From an uncultured Bacteroides sp. (GTDB lineage Bacteria > Bacteroidota > Bacteroidia > Bacteroidales > JACABE01): a stretch of DNA of 64,000 bases. The stretch is from the NCBI GenBank assembly GCA_964496885.1, contig CAZCBG010000004.1:16455-80454 (forward strand), read 5' to 3'. A model generated the notes under the pieces. It searched no databases. It was not told the DNA's origin and worked only from the letters and a program-made list of their open reading frames with translations. Shown here piece after piece: positions 45,862-55,258 of the stretch (its first letter is position 1; every line of letters starts with the position of its first letter). The translations under genes were made by a program, and so were the position numbers.

Positions 45862-46689
45862 ATGAGTTACATAGGAAAATCAATACTCTTTTGGGTATTT
45901 GCAGTATTATTTACAATCTCTATCGCTTTTTATCAAAGAATGACAGGACCTACCTACCCTAAAAAAGGAAGCGTTACTATTGCAGGTAAAGAAGTTAAAT
46001 TTAAATTGTTGCGTTCGCAGGAAAACACGAAAGATGCTTTAATTAGCATCGATAATAATTCTAATTTAACTGGAGGTTCAATTATTTATAGAAAATACAA
46101 AACACAGGAAGATTGGACGGAAGTCCAAATGCTTCAAAATGGAGATAAACTGCAAGGGAATTTACCATTACAACCTGCTGCCGGAAAATTAGAGTACAGA
46201 GTTTTTCTGAAATATGGGAATGAAAGTTTTGCACTAAATGCAGAACCAGTTGTTATCCGATTTACTGGGGCAGTACCTAGATATATTTTGTTCCCTCACA
46301 TTTTATTTATGTTCTTAGCCATGCTTTTTTCGACCCGAACCGGAATTGAAGCAATCATTAAAGGCAAACATTGCTTTAATTATGCTTTAGTAACAGTAAT
46401 TACTTTGTTTCTGGGTGGCGTAATATTAGGGCCAATCGTTCAAAAATATGCATTTGGTGCTTTTTGGACAGGATGGCCCTTTGGTGGTGATCTAACAGAT
46501 AATAAAACAGCCATTGCCTTTATATTTTGGGTATTAGCTGCCTATAAAATGTTTAAAAATCGTGAAAAAAGAGGATTTGCAATAGCCGCTATGGTAATTT
46601 TACTGGCAGTTTATATGATTCCTCACAGCATGTTTGGCTCCGAATTAGATACCAATACTGGAAAAATTACAACCGGACAACAAAAATAA
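45862..46689 (+). CDS. Polytopic membrane protein of unknown function
   Basis: 275 aa. N-terminal TM, roughly 120-aa soluble beta-rich segment, then 4 hydrophobic helices. 24 nt after the GH3 fusion gene with no promoter box in the gap. Confidence 0.55.
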   Translation: MSYIGKSILFWVFAVLFTISIAFYQRMTGPTYPKKGSVTIAGKEVKFKLLRSQENTKDALISIDNNSNLTGGSIIYRKYKTQEDWTEVQMLQNGDKLQGNLPLQPAAGKLEYRVFLKYGNESFALNAEPVVIRFTGAVPRYILFPHILFMFLAMLFSTRTGIEAIIKGKHCFNYALVTVITLFLGGVILGPIVQKYAFGAFWTGWPFGGDLTDNKTAIAFIFWVLAAYKMFKNREKRGFAIAAMVILLAVYMIPHSMFGSELDTNTGKITTGQQK

Positions 46690-46872
46690 CATAGACTATC
46701 AACTATCAATATACTATTAATTTGTTCCAATAAATTGATTACGAATGGGATGCTGCGTTTTATATTAAAGCGAAAATTCCCATTTGTAAGAAGTTTATAT
46801 ACCTGAAACTTCATTTGTTTTACTTAAAAATACGTAAACTGAGAAAATTTTGCTGTATTCTGAAAAAATATG

Positions 46873-46880
46873 TAAATTTG
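46873..46880 (+). promoter_or_regulatory. -7 box far upstream of arcC (implies a leader of about 145 nt)
   Basis: taaatttg, 151 nt upstream of ATG 47031. The only such box in the 342-bp spacer. Confidence 0.35.
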
Positions 46881-47030
46881 CCAAAAATATAAGTTTACTC
46901 TTTATTAAAGAGTTCATTACAATTGCAGGCTTGCTTATACTATGCGTTCATTCTGAACAATAAGGCTAAGAAAGTCTGTTATTTTTTTCGGAGAAAGAAA
47001 ATTTAAAAAAATATAAAGAGAATTTAAACA

Positions 47031-47972
47031 ATGAAGAAATTAGCAGTCATTGCATTTGGAGGAAATGCACTTTTAAGGGGCGACCAGGAAGGAACCATTG
47101 ATGAACAGGAAGCCAATGTTTATAATACTTGTACTCAGTTATTGGAATTATTAAAAAAAGATTATGACATCGTAATTGGTCATGGTAACGGACCTCAGGT
47201 AGGCAATGTTTTATTACAACACGAAGGTGGATTTAAAATGTTTGGAATTCCAGCCATGCCTATTGATTTTTGTGTAGCCGAAACACAGGGTTCTATCGGT
47301 TATATGATCGAGCAACAAATGCGCAACGTTTTGGAAAAAGAAAAAATGGAACGCGATATTATCACCATTATTACACAAGTAGAAGTTGATAAAAACGATC
47401 CTGCTTTCCAAAACCCGACCAAACCGGTTGGACCTTATTATACGCAGGAAGAAGCAGACAAATATGCAGCTGAAACAGGGGCAAAATTTGCAGCTGATCC
47501 AAGAGGAAGAGGCTTTCGCAAAGTAGTAGCTTCACCCAAACCTATGAAGATCAACAACATTCAATCCATTAAAAAACTTGCAAGAGACGGCCAAATTGTA
47601 ATTACAGTTGGCGGAGGTGGCATCCCAGTTTTTCATGTTGAACCTCACAAATTACAAGGCATAGATGCCGTTATCGATAAAGATTTAGCATCATCTTTAT
47701 TAGCTACGCAAATTGGCGCGGATGAATTTTATATATTGACAGACGTACCTAAAGTCTGTATTAATTTCAACAAACCTGAAGAAAAGAGATTAGACAGAAT
47801 CAACATTGCTGAAGCCAAACAATACCTGGCAGAAGGACATTTTGCGGAAGGCAGTATGGCACCTAAAGTCAGAGCTGCCTTGTACTTCGTCGAAAACGGA
47901 GGAAAAGAATGTATTATAACTACTGCCAGCGAATTAGGTAAAAAAAATGGCGGAACTATCATTTATAATTAA
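47031..47972 (+). CDS. arcC: Carbamate kinase
   Basis: 313 aa. IAFGGNALL, GHGNGPQVG, ..GGGGIP... Confidence 0.9.
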   Translation: MKKLAVIAFGGNALLRGDQEGTIDEQEANVYNTCTQLLELLKKDYDIVIGHGNGPQVGNVLLQHEGGFKMFGIPAMPIDFCVAETQGSIGYMIEQQMRNVLEKEKMERDIITIITQVEVDKNDPAFQNPTKPVGPYYTQEEADKYAAETGAKFAADPRGRGFRKVVASPKPMKINNIQSIKKLARDGQIVITVGGGGIPVFHVEPHKLQGIDAVIDKDLASSLLATQIGADEFYILTDVPKVCINFNKPEEKRLDRINIAEAKQYLAEGHFAEGSMAPKVRAALYFVENGGKECIITTASELGKKNGGTIIYN

Positions 47973-47982
47973 AAATTTAAAA

Positions 47983-48009
47983 ATTAGGAATTAGGAAGTA
48001 GAAATAAGG
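47983..48009 (+). repeat. Purine-rich 7-bp periodic array after arcC
   Basis: attaggaa ttaggaa gtagaaa taagg, starting 11 nt after the arcC stop. Confidence 0.65.
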
Positions 48010-48054
48010 CAATCATTTAAAAACCTATAGTCTAAATATCTTGAGCCTAATATG

Positions 48055-48079
48055 CAATAACATAATAACTCAATAACAT
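48055..48079 (-). repeat. 8-bp periodic AATAAC array (reverse complement GTTATT) just upstream of the OTC start
   Basis: caataaca taataact caataaca t. Ends 8 nt before ATG 48087. Confidence 0.65.
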
Positions 48080-48086
48080 AAAAAAA

Positions 48087-49088
48087 ATGGCTTTTAATTT
48101 AAAAAACAGAAATTTTCTTAAATTATTGGATTTTACTCCACAGGAAATAAAATTCTTATTAGAATTGGCTGCTACTTTAAAAACAGCAAAATACACAGGA
48201 ACCGAACAACAAAAACTAAAAGGCAAAAACATTGCACTTATTTTTGAAAAAGACTCAACCCGAACACGTTGTGCCTTTGAAGTAGCAGCTTTGGATCAGG
48301 GTGCGCATGTTACTTACCTTGGACCTTCAGGTTCACAGATTGGTAAAAAAGAATCGATGAAAGATACAGCCCGTGTTTTGGGTAGAATGTACGATGGTAT
48401 CGAATACCGTGGTTATGGTCAAAGCATCGTTGAAGATTTGGGTAAATATGCAGGAGTACCTGTTTGGAATGGTTTAACTACCGAATTTCACCCAACCCAG
48501 ATACTTGCTGACTTCTTAACCATGCAGGAACATATCGACAAACCTTTAAACAAAGTTAGCTTCTGCTATCTGGGAGATGCCAAAAACAATATGGGCAACT
48601 CATTGATGGTAGGTGCTGCCAAAATGGGTATGGACTTCCGTGCAGCGGCTCCTAAAGCTTGTTGGCCAACTGAAGAATTGGTTGCAAAATGCCGCGAAAT
48701 TGCAAAAGAAACCGGAGCAAAAATCACCCTGACTGAAGATGTTGCCGAAGGTGTTAAAGGCGTTGATTTCTTATATACTGACGTTTGGGTTTCAATGGGA
48801 GAACCTGCAGAAGTGTGGAAAGAACGCATTCAACTTTTAAGACCTTACCAAATCAATATGGATGTTGTGAAAATGACAGGAAATGCTAACGTAAAATTCC
48901 TGCATTGCTTACCCGCTTTCCATAACCGCGAAACTACTATGGGAGAAGATATTTTCCAGAAATACGGTTTAGACGGTATGGAAGTTACTGAAGACGTTTT
49001 TGAGTCTAAAAATTCAATTGTATTTGACGAAGCAGAAAACCGTTTACACACAATTAAAGCAGTAATGGTTGCCACTTTGGGCGCTTAA
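48087..49088 (+). CDS. argF: Ornithine carbamoyltransferase (canonical ArgF/ArgI/ArcB type)
   Basis: 333 aa. STRTR, HPTQ, DVWVSMG, HCLPAFH. Collinear over its whole length with enterobacterial ArgI as I recall that sequence. Hairpin terminator follows. Confidence 0.9.
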   Translation: MAFNLKNRNFLKLLDFTPQEIKFLLELAATLKTAKYTGTEQQKLKGKNIALIFEKDSTRTRCAFEVAALDQGAHVTYLGPSGSQIGKKESMKDTARVLGRMYDGIEYRGYGQSIVEDLGKYAGVPVWNGLTTEFHPTQILADFLTMQEHIDKPLNKVSFCYLGDAKNNMGNSLMVGAAKMGMDFRAAAPKACWPTEELVAKCREIAKETGAKITLTEDVAEGVKGVDFLYTDVWVSMGEPAEVWKERIQLLRPYQINMDVVKMTGNANVKFLHCLPAFHNRETTMGEDIFQKYGLDGMEVTEDVFESKNSIVFDEAENRLHTIKAVMVATLGA

Positions 49089-49109
49089 TTTGCCTAAAAC
49101 TTTTTTATT

Positions 49110-49150
49110 AAGAGGAGCTTGCTGCTGATGCTGTAAGCTCCTCTTAGTTT
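49110..49150 (+). terminator. Hairpin after the OTC gene
   Basis: Perfect 11-bp stem aagaggagctt/aagctcctctt with a 14-nt loop. Weak T-tract. Confidence 0.6.
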
Positions 49151-49209
49151 AAACAAAGTTGTATTATTGTAATGAATAGTTAAATTTTATTCAGCATCCT
49201 TTTAAACAT

Positions 49210-49217
49210 TACTTTTG
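49210..49217 (+). promoter_or_regulatory. -7 box for the TlpA-like gene
   Basis: tacttttg, 30 nt upstream of ATG 49247. Confidence 0.5.
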
Positions 49218-49246
49218 CCAAAGAAAATATCAAAATTAATCAATAA

Positions 49247-50356
49247 ATGAAGAAAACAGTTTTAATTTTAATTTTGCTTTTTGTTGGTTACGGATTAATT
49301 GCTCAGGACAATACCGGAAAATCATTTACCATTAAAGGAAACATAAAAGGATTAAAAGATTCTAAAGTAAAAATCATGATGAGCAAACAAGGAAGTGAAG
49401 CTCAGCTGATTGATTCCACTATAAGTAAATCAGGTATTTTTACTTTAAAAGGAGTAATGAAAATACCAGATGTATGTCGTATTATTTTCGAAAATACTGA
49501 AAAACAACTCAGTTTTTTTGTTGAAAATACAGAAATACAAATTACAGGCCAATTAGACTCACTTGAAAAAGTAAAATATTCAGGTTGTAAAACACAGAGA
49601 GAATTTCAGAGTGTAATGAGTGAAATATATGTGTTTTCTCATTTGCAAAAAGAATGTGAAGCAAAATACAAGGCAGCTCAGTCAGAAAATGACAGCAAAA
49701 CTATGGCATTGTACGATTCAATTTCCACCAGTGTTTTTGATCATCAAATCAGCTATTTATGTAATTTTGCAATAGAAAATAACAAATCCGTAGTGTCGCC
49801 CTATATTGTATTAACTCAGTTAATATATTACATCGATTTACACATGCTCGACTCAATTACCAGAAATTTCGACAAAAGCATATATCCTTCTTTGTATGTA
49901 AAACAATTACAGGATAGGGTTGAAATATTGAGAAAAACAGATATTGGAATGCCGGCTCCTGAAATTGAAATGACTGATACTTCGGGGAATATGTTTAAAC
50001 TTTCATCATTAAAAGGGAAATACATATTGATCGACTTCTGGGCATCCTGGTGTAGCCCTTGTAGGAAAGAAAACCCAGATGTAGTAGCTGCTTACCAATT
50101 ATTTAAAGATAAAGGATTTGATATTTTAGGGGTTTCTTTCGATCAAAAAAGAGCTAACTGGGTAAAAGCAATTAAGGACGATCAATTGAGCTGGCATCAT
50201 GTATCAGATTTAAAACGTTGGGACAATGCAGCCGGAAAGATTTATGGCATAAAATCAATCCCTCATTCGATATTAATTGATAAAAATGGTATTATCATTG
50301 CTATAAATTTAAAAGGCAAAGCACTTGAAAAAAAGTTGAGCGAATTGATGCCATAA
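49247..50356 (+). CDS. TlpA/ResA-like thiol:disulfide oxidoreductase with N-terminal DUF4369-like domain
   Basis: 369 aa. Signal peptide. Thioredoxin-fold motif FWASWCSPCRKE. TActTTTG box 30 nt upstream. Confidence 0.8.
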   Translation: MKKTVLILILLFVGYGLIAQDNTGKSFTIKGNIKGLKDSKVKIMMSKQGSEAQLIDSTISKSGIFTLKGVMKIPDVCRIIFENTEKQLSFFVENTEIQITGQLDSLEKVKYSGCKTQREFQSVMSEIYVFSHLQKECEAKYKAAQSENDSKTMALYDSISTSVFDHQISYLCNFAIENNKSVVSPYIVLTQLIYYIDLHMLDSITRNFDKSIYPSLYVKQLQDRVEILRKTDIGMPAPEIEMTDTSGNMFKLSSLKGKYILIDFWASWCSPCRKENPDVVAAYQLFKDKGFDILGVSFDQKRANWVKAIKDDQLSWHHVSDLKRWDNAAGKIYGIKSIPHSILIDKNGIIIAINLKGKALEKKLSELMP

Positions 50357-50446
50357 AATCTTGAGTCAAGAATTTGCATGGAGTTATCCTATGACTTATA
50401 AAAAACATGAAAGCATTACTTCAAGTTAAAAAGATCATTCATTTGT

Positions 50447-51715
50447 TTATTTCTGCATAGCTAACCAAAGCTTCTTCCCCATTTCTCTGCAAAAACCCAG
50501 GACTTCAGTTTCATTAACATTAGTAAGACAGCCATCTTTTACTATAAGTTTGCCGTTAGAAATTACATGCTGTATATGCTTTGAGTTGATTCCATAGACA
50601 AAATGGCCTGCAAAATTACTGCTATTGATTTCTGTTGGACTATCGTAATCCATGACTACAAGATTATTAGCAGTATCTCCATTAAAATTATTGGTTTTAA
50701 TATATTGATGTGAGTTTCTGAATCTTTGGTAGACTGCATTAGGGCTCATAATTTCGTGGTCTTTACCGGCTAAAAACACCGAACGGGCACTTTGTATCAT
50801 ATCGCTGTGCATACCGTCGGTTCCCAGCATTATCCGATTTCCCATTCCATTTCCATCAAAATAGCCCACTCTGTTATTGAGATTGCTTTCCATATTCTGC
50901 ACAACCCATGATGTTGAATTGGCAATGATTTCCTTTTCTTTGTCATTTAAATACAGGCAGTGCCCTAGTATCGTTTTATCAAAATCAAGAGCTCCATTTT
51001 TTTGCAAACGTTCAACAACCCGCATACCAAAGTTGTCCATGCAATGCTGCTGGTCGTATGTATCTTCAGCGACATGAATATGTATACCTGAATTGTATTT
51101 TTCAGCAAGCGCGACAGCACTTTGCAAGGTTTTTTCACTCACCGTAAAAGAAGCATGCAAGCCAACCAAACCTTGATTATTTTGAAGATAACGTTCTGTT
51201 TCGTCAAGCCCTTTTACAACTTTGTCCATTCCATCTCTGTCCGTTATTTCATAACATAACAGATGCGAAACACCTACCTCATCAAAAGCATCAGCTATTA
51301 TTTGCAATGAATTCTCAATAGCCATGGGTGAAGCATGGTGATCGATAACAAAACTTAGCCCATTTTTAGCACTGGCAATGGCTGTAGCCAATGCACTGGC
51401 TCTAATCATATCTTTGTCCAGACATTTATCCAGCGTCCACCAAATGTATTGAAGTACTTCATAGAAATTTACTGGATTTTTCTTAGGAGCACCCATTCCT
51501 CTGGCCAAAGCAGAATATACATGATGATGTCCGTTGGCAAAAGCATGGGTCACAATTTTTTCCTTACAATCAATCGTTTGGCTGACAATTAAGTCATTTG
51601 GTTTTTGATCATAAAAATGAATATTCCCTTTTAATCCTTCTTCAACACAAATGTCGGTTTTACGAAATTCAAGGGTTTCTTCGTTAATATAGGTGCAGTT
51701 TTTAAGATAGATCAT
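50447..51715 (-). CDS. Amidohydrolase-superfamily enzyme, SsnA-like putative aminohydrolase
   Basis: 422 aa. Metal-binding HAFANGHHHVYS.. near the N-terminus, later HVAE and ..GTDGMHSD.. motifs of the chlorohydrolase/deaminase clan. Lies directly downstream of the Mo hydroxylase, as ssnA neighbours xdhD in E. coli. Confidence 0.6.
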   Translation of the reverse strand: MIYLKNCTYINEETLEFRKTDICVEEGLKGNIHFYDQKPNDLIVSQTIDCKEKIVTHAFANGHHHVYSALARGMGAPKKNPVNFYEVLQYIWWTLDKCLDKDMIRASALATAIASAKNGLSFVIDHHASPMAIENSLQIIADAFDEVGVSHLLCYEITDRDGMDKVVKGLDETERYLQNNQGLVGLHASFTVSEKTLQSAVALAEKYNSGIHIHVAEDTYDQQHCMDNFGMRVVERLQKNGALDFDKTILGHCLYLNDKEKEIIANSTSWVVQNMESNLNNRVGYFDGNGMGNRIMLGTDGMHSDMIQSARSVFLAGKDHEIMSPNAVYQRFRNSHQYIKTNNFNGDTANNLVVMDYDSPTEINSSNFAGHFVYGINSKHIQHVISNGKLIVKDGCLTNVNETEVLGFCREMGKKLWLAMQK

Positions 51716-51811
51716 CTTTGTTTATTTTGCAATTATAAGTATTATAAAAATTATCGGCATCAAGGCTGTATTGAATCAAAATTGGATGCAAAAAAATGAA
51801 AATGAATAAAA

Positions 51812-54364
51812 TTAGTTCTTTTTCAAAGGTAAGGTATATCTTTTTATACCGTCAAAATCTGCAAATGCATTGGCGACAGCAGCAGCTGTAGGGACAAGTC
51901 CGATTTCACCAATACCTTTTACACCGTAAGGTCCAACTGCATCGGCAACTTCCACGCCTTTAACAATAATTTCGGGCGTTTCATGGGAGCGAAGTATGTT
52001 ACAATCTCTTAGTTTCTTACTCACAAGAAATCCATCTTTCATAGGTAAATCTTCGCAAAGGGCATAACCCAGGCCCATGTGAACAGCACCCTGTATTTGA
52101 CCTTCGAAAAGCATAGGATTCATAATTTTCCCAGCATCGTGGGCGGCTACCACTTTTTCAATTTTACCATTTTGATCCAATACAACCAATTGTGCAGCAT
52201 AACCATAAGAATAATGGGTAATAATTTCATCCACATCGGCACCAGGTTTGGTCGTCCAGTCACATTTCCATTCACCCAGGTATTTTTTCCCAACTAATTG
52301 CTGAAGCGAATTTATCTGTAAGTCTTCTTTTAATGAAATACAGGCATTGATAATGGCATTTCCCAGCAATGCAGTTGCCCTAGACGAAGTGGTCATTCCT
52401 GTCAGAATTTGAGCAGCAGAATCTACTTTTACTTCAATCAATTCTGGTAGAATGCTAGTTTCCTCGCACAAAGTTTGCAAAGCCATGGTATCAATACCTT
52501 GCCCCATTTCTGTCCAGCCATGTTGTATCAGTACTTTTTTAGAAGAGATTATTTCAATAATTACATTGGAGAAATCCACCATTCCATTCCCAATACCACT
52601 GTTTTTTATACCACATGCAATACCTTTGTATTTCGCATTGTCATAATCTATTTTTAATGCATCTAAGCATGCTCTGATACCAACACTGTTTAATTTTTGT
52701 CCGGTGGCGGTAGTAAGGCCATCAACCAGGGCATTATCATAACGGAATTGCCAACGGTCGAAACCACCTTGAATACATAAATCGTCAATACAAGCTTCTA
52801 TTGCAAAGGCCACCTGATTAGCTCCAAATCCTCGCATGGCTCCTGAAGGAATATTATTGGTGTAAACTGTTTTGGCTTCAATATCACATACAGGCACAAA
52901 ATACCCACCAGTTGCATGGCCAGCAACACGTTCCATCACTTTAGTTCCAACAGAAGCATAAGCACCGCTATCGCCTACAGCTCTTAATTTAATAGCTGTA
53001 AGCATCCCTTTTTCATTACAGGCCAGTTCCATATCCATAGTAACCGGATGGCGTTTTGGGTGCATCATGATGGATTCTTCGCGAGAGAGGCATAATTTTA
53101 CAGGGGTTTTTAATAAATAGGCAAACAAACTCACATGCCCTTGAACTGTCATATCCTCCTTGCCTCCAAAACCACCACCATTAGGAACAAGAATTACCCT
53201 TACTTTTTCTTCGGGCAGACCCAATATCATTGCAATTTGTCTTCTATCTTCGTAAACACCCTGACTCTGTGAAATTAATTCAATGCCATTATCGACTGAA
53301 TAAGCAATAGCTGCTTCTACTTCCATAAAAGCATGTTCAATGCGTTGGGTTTGATACCTTCCCTTTGATACAAATTGTGATCCTGCTATTACTTCATCTG
53401 CGTTCCCTCTTTGTATGATACAATTGTCCAGTAAATTAGTGTGATTTTCGTGTACAAGAGGAGAATTTTCCTCCAAAGCTTTTATAGCATCAGTAATCGG
53501 CTCATATACTTCATATTCCACTTCAATAAGGGCTACTGCTTTACGTGCATTTTCTTCTGTATCAGCAACTACGCCTGCAATCACATCGCCAATATAATGT
53601 GTCATTTCATTTTCAGCAATCATCACTGACCAATCATTGTAGATAAGTCCAATTTTAGAAGCAGCAGGAATATCTTTAGCCGTAAATATTTTTACAACAC
53701 CTTCCAAGGCAAGGGCTTTTTCCAATTTGATTTTCATCACCCTAGCACGGGGATAATCGCTGAAACGTAAAGCTGCATGTAACATTCCTTCAAGTTTCAT
53801 GTCATTTACGAAATTCCGTTCACCAATAGCAGTTTCATAGGAATTATACTTAGGGTAAGCGGTCCCAACTTTTCCACTTTGTGAGAATAATTCAATTTCT
53901 TTGTTGAATTGTAAATGCTCAGCAGCATATTCAATGGCCTCTTCAATTTTTTTATAACCAGTACATCGACAAATATTTAATTTCAGTGCATTGCGTATTT
54001 CAATTAAACTTGGAGTAGGATTTTCCTGTAATAATATTTTAGCTCTCATGATAAATCCAGGTGTACAAAAGCCACATTGAACAGCGCCTTTCTCAACAAA
54101 AGCCTTTCCAAGCGTTTCTTTAATGTATTGAGGAAATCCTTCCATGGTAAAAACAATCGCTTTTTCGAGATTCCTCATTTTGGTAGTACAAGCCATACGT
54201 GGAGATCCATTTATTTCTACCATACATGCCCCACAACTTGCCTGAGCTGAACAGCCATCTTTTACAGAAGTAATATTAAGTTCGTTTCTAAGAAATTTAA
54301 GCAAACTTAATTCACCATCTCCTTTATAAATAATTTTATGATTGTTTAAAGTGAAATTTATCAT
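51812..54364 (-). CDS. Xanthine dehydrogenase/aldehyde oxidase-family molybdenum hydroxylase with fused N-terminal 2x[2Fe-2S] domains (selenium-dependent XDH-like architecture)
   Basis: 850 aa. Plant-type and second [2Fe-2S] motifs (CSAQASCGACMV; CGFCTPGFIM; CRCTGY), then an Ald_Xan_dh MoCo-binding body (..GGGFGGK.., ..GFGANQ..). No FAD subunit gene is adjacent. Confidence 0.8.
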   Translation of the reverse strand: MINFTLNNHKIIYKGDGELSLLKFLRNELNITSVKDGCSAQASCGACMVEINGSPRMACTTKMRNLEKAIVFTMEGFPQYIKETLGKAFVEKGAVQCGFCTPGFIMRAKILLQENPTPSLIEIRNALKLNICRCTGYKKIEEAIEYAAEHLQFNKEIELFSQSGKVGTAYPKYNSYETAIGERNFVNDMKLEGMLHAALRFSDYPRARVMKIKLEKALALEGVVKIFTAKDIPAASKIGLIYNDWSVMIAENEMTHYIGDVIAGVVADTEENARKAVALIEVEYEVYEPITDAIKALEENSPLVHENHTNLLDNCIIQRGNADEVIAGSQFVSKGRYQTQRIEHAFMEVEAAIAYSVDNGIELISQSQGVYEDRRQIAMILGLPEEKVRVILVPNGGGFGGKEDMTVQGHVSLFAYLLKTPVKLCLSREESIMMHPKRHPVTMDMELACNEKGMLTAIKLRAVGDSGAYASVGTKVMERVAGHATGGYFVPVCDIEAKTVYTNNIPSGAMRGFGANQVAFAIEACIDDLCIQGGFDRWQFRYDNALVDGLTTATGQKLNSVGIRACLDALKIDYDNAKYKGIACGIKNSGIGNGMVDFSNVIIEIISSKKVLIQHGWTEMGQGIDTMALQTLCEETSILPELIEVKVDSAAQILTGMTTSSRATALLGNAIINACISLKEDLQINSLQQLVGKKYLGEWKCDWTTKPGADVDEIITHYSYGYAAQLVVLDQNGKIEKVVAAHDAGKIMNPMLFEGQIQGAVHMGLGYALCEDLPMKDGFLVSKKLRDCNILRSHETPEIIVKGVEVADAVGPYGVKGIGEIGLVPTAAAVANAFADFDGIKRYTLPLKKN

Positions 54365-54378
54365 TCATGTATTTTTTG

Positions 54379-54386
54379 CAAATTTA
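54379..54386 (-). promoter_or_regulatory. -7 box for the Mo-hydroxylase gene
   Basis: caaattta, which is taaatttg on the minus strand. Only 15 nt upstream of ATG 54364, so the mRNA would be nearly leaderless. Confidence 0.4.
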
Positions 54387-54501
54387 ATAAAACTAAGCAA
54401 ATTTTATAAATAGATAGTAGAATAAAAAACAATATCAATCATTTCTGTGAAAAAGATTGACATTGTTTTTTGATAGAGCTTAAAAAAGGATTCGCTGAAA
54501 A

Positions 54502-55230
54502 CTAAAGTTTTTTAAACCAAAGATACCATTCAAAATTATATAAATCTGATTTGTGTTTAGCCTTTAAATTTTCTGACTCTTCCATCGTTTTAGGACTTGG
54601 CAGCAACACATCTCCTCCTGGCCTCCAATTTGCTGGCGTTAAAACTTCATGATTATCTGCAGTCTGCAGCGCAATTAAAATGCGTACTACTTCATCAATA
54701 TTCCGACCTATGTTCTGTGGGTAATTTAATATGGCCCTGATTTTGTTGTCAGGATCAATAAAAATAACTGCCCGCATATCTTTTGTAAGTATAGTATCTT
54801 TTCTCAATAAATTGTATTTTTTTGAAATCTCCATATTTACATCAGAAACCAAAGGAAAATTAATTTTAATCGCTTTTTTTCTATCAATAGAGATGGATTC
54901 AATTGATTTAACCCATTCAATATGGCTGTTTAGCCCATCAGTGGAAATAACGACTAAAGCTGTATTTAGCTTTCTGAAATCTTCCTGTTTTTCGGCCAAT
55001 GCCATAATTTCTGTTGTACAAACGGGGGTAAAATCTGCAGGATGACTGAACAATATTTTCCATTTAGAAAAATAATCATCAGGGAAATTAATAGGACCAG
55101 TTGTTGCTAACGCTTTAAACGCAGGAGCATACTGACCTAAGTAAATTGTTTGCAAATTATTGCTCACTTGCGCATCAACAACCAATATATAACTGATTGT
55201 CAATACAAATAGTAATATTATTTTTTTCAT
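54502..55230 (-). CDS. Peroxiredoxin (Prx6/1-Cys-like) with signal peptide
   Basis: 242 aa. N-terminal MKKIILLFVLTISYILVVDAQ. Peroxidatic motif FSHPADFTPVCTTE. -7 box 29 nt upstream. Confidence 0.8.
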   Translation of the reverse strand: MKKIILLFVLTISYILVVDAQVSNNLQTIYLGQYAPAFKALATTGPINFPDDYFSKWKILFSHPADFTPVCTTEIMALAEKQEDFRKLNTALVVISTDGLNSHIEWVKSIESISIDRKKAIKINFPLVSDVNMEISKKYNLLRKDTILTKDMRAVIFIDPDNKIRAILNYPQNIGRNIDEVVRILIALQTADNHEVLTPANWRPGGDVLLPSPKTMEESENLKAKHKSDLYNFEWYLWFKKL

Positions 55231-55258
55231 TGTTGTTGTTATTTAGAATTATTCTAAA

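Noticed and set aside
46881-47030. Riboswitch or leader element in the roughly 150-nt region between the -7 box and arcC.
   Set aside because: I could not recognise any known riboswitch core (e.g. guanidine/ykkC, purine, glycine). Only a small hairpin is present. It is kept as a note under the arcC finding pending an Infernal scan.
50447-54364. Selenocysteine recoding (in-frame TGA with a split ORF) in the hydroxylase/SsnA genes or their redox neighbours.
   Set aside because: All these genes are single uninterrupted ORFs of family-typical length. There are no adjacent same-frame ORF pairs separated by TGA. In this enzyme class selenium is a labile cofactor rather than Sec.
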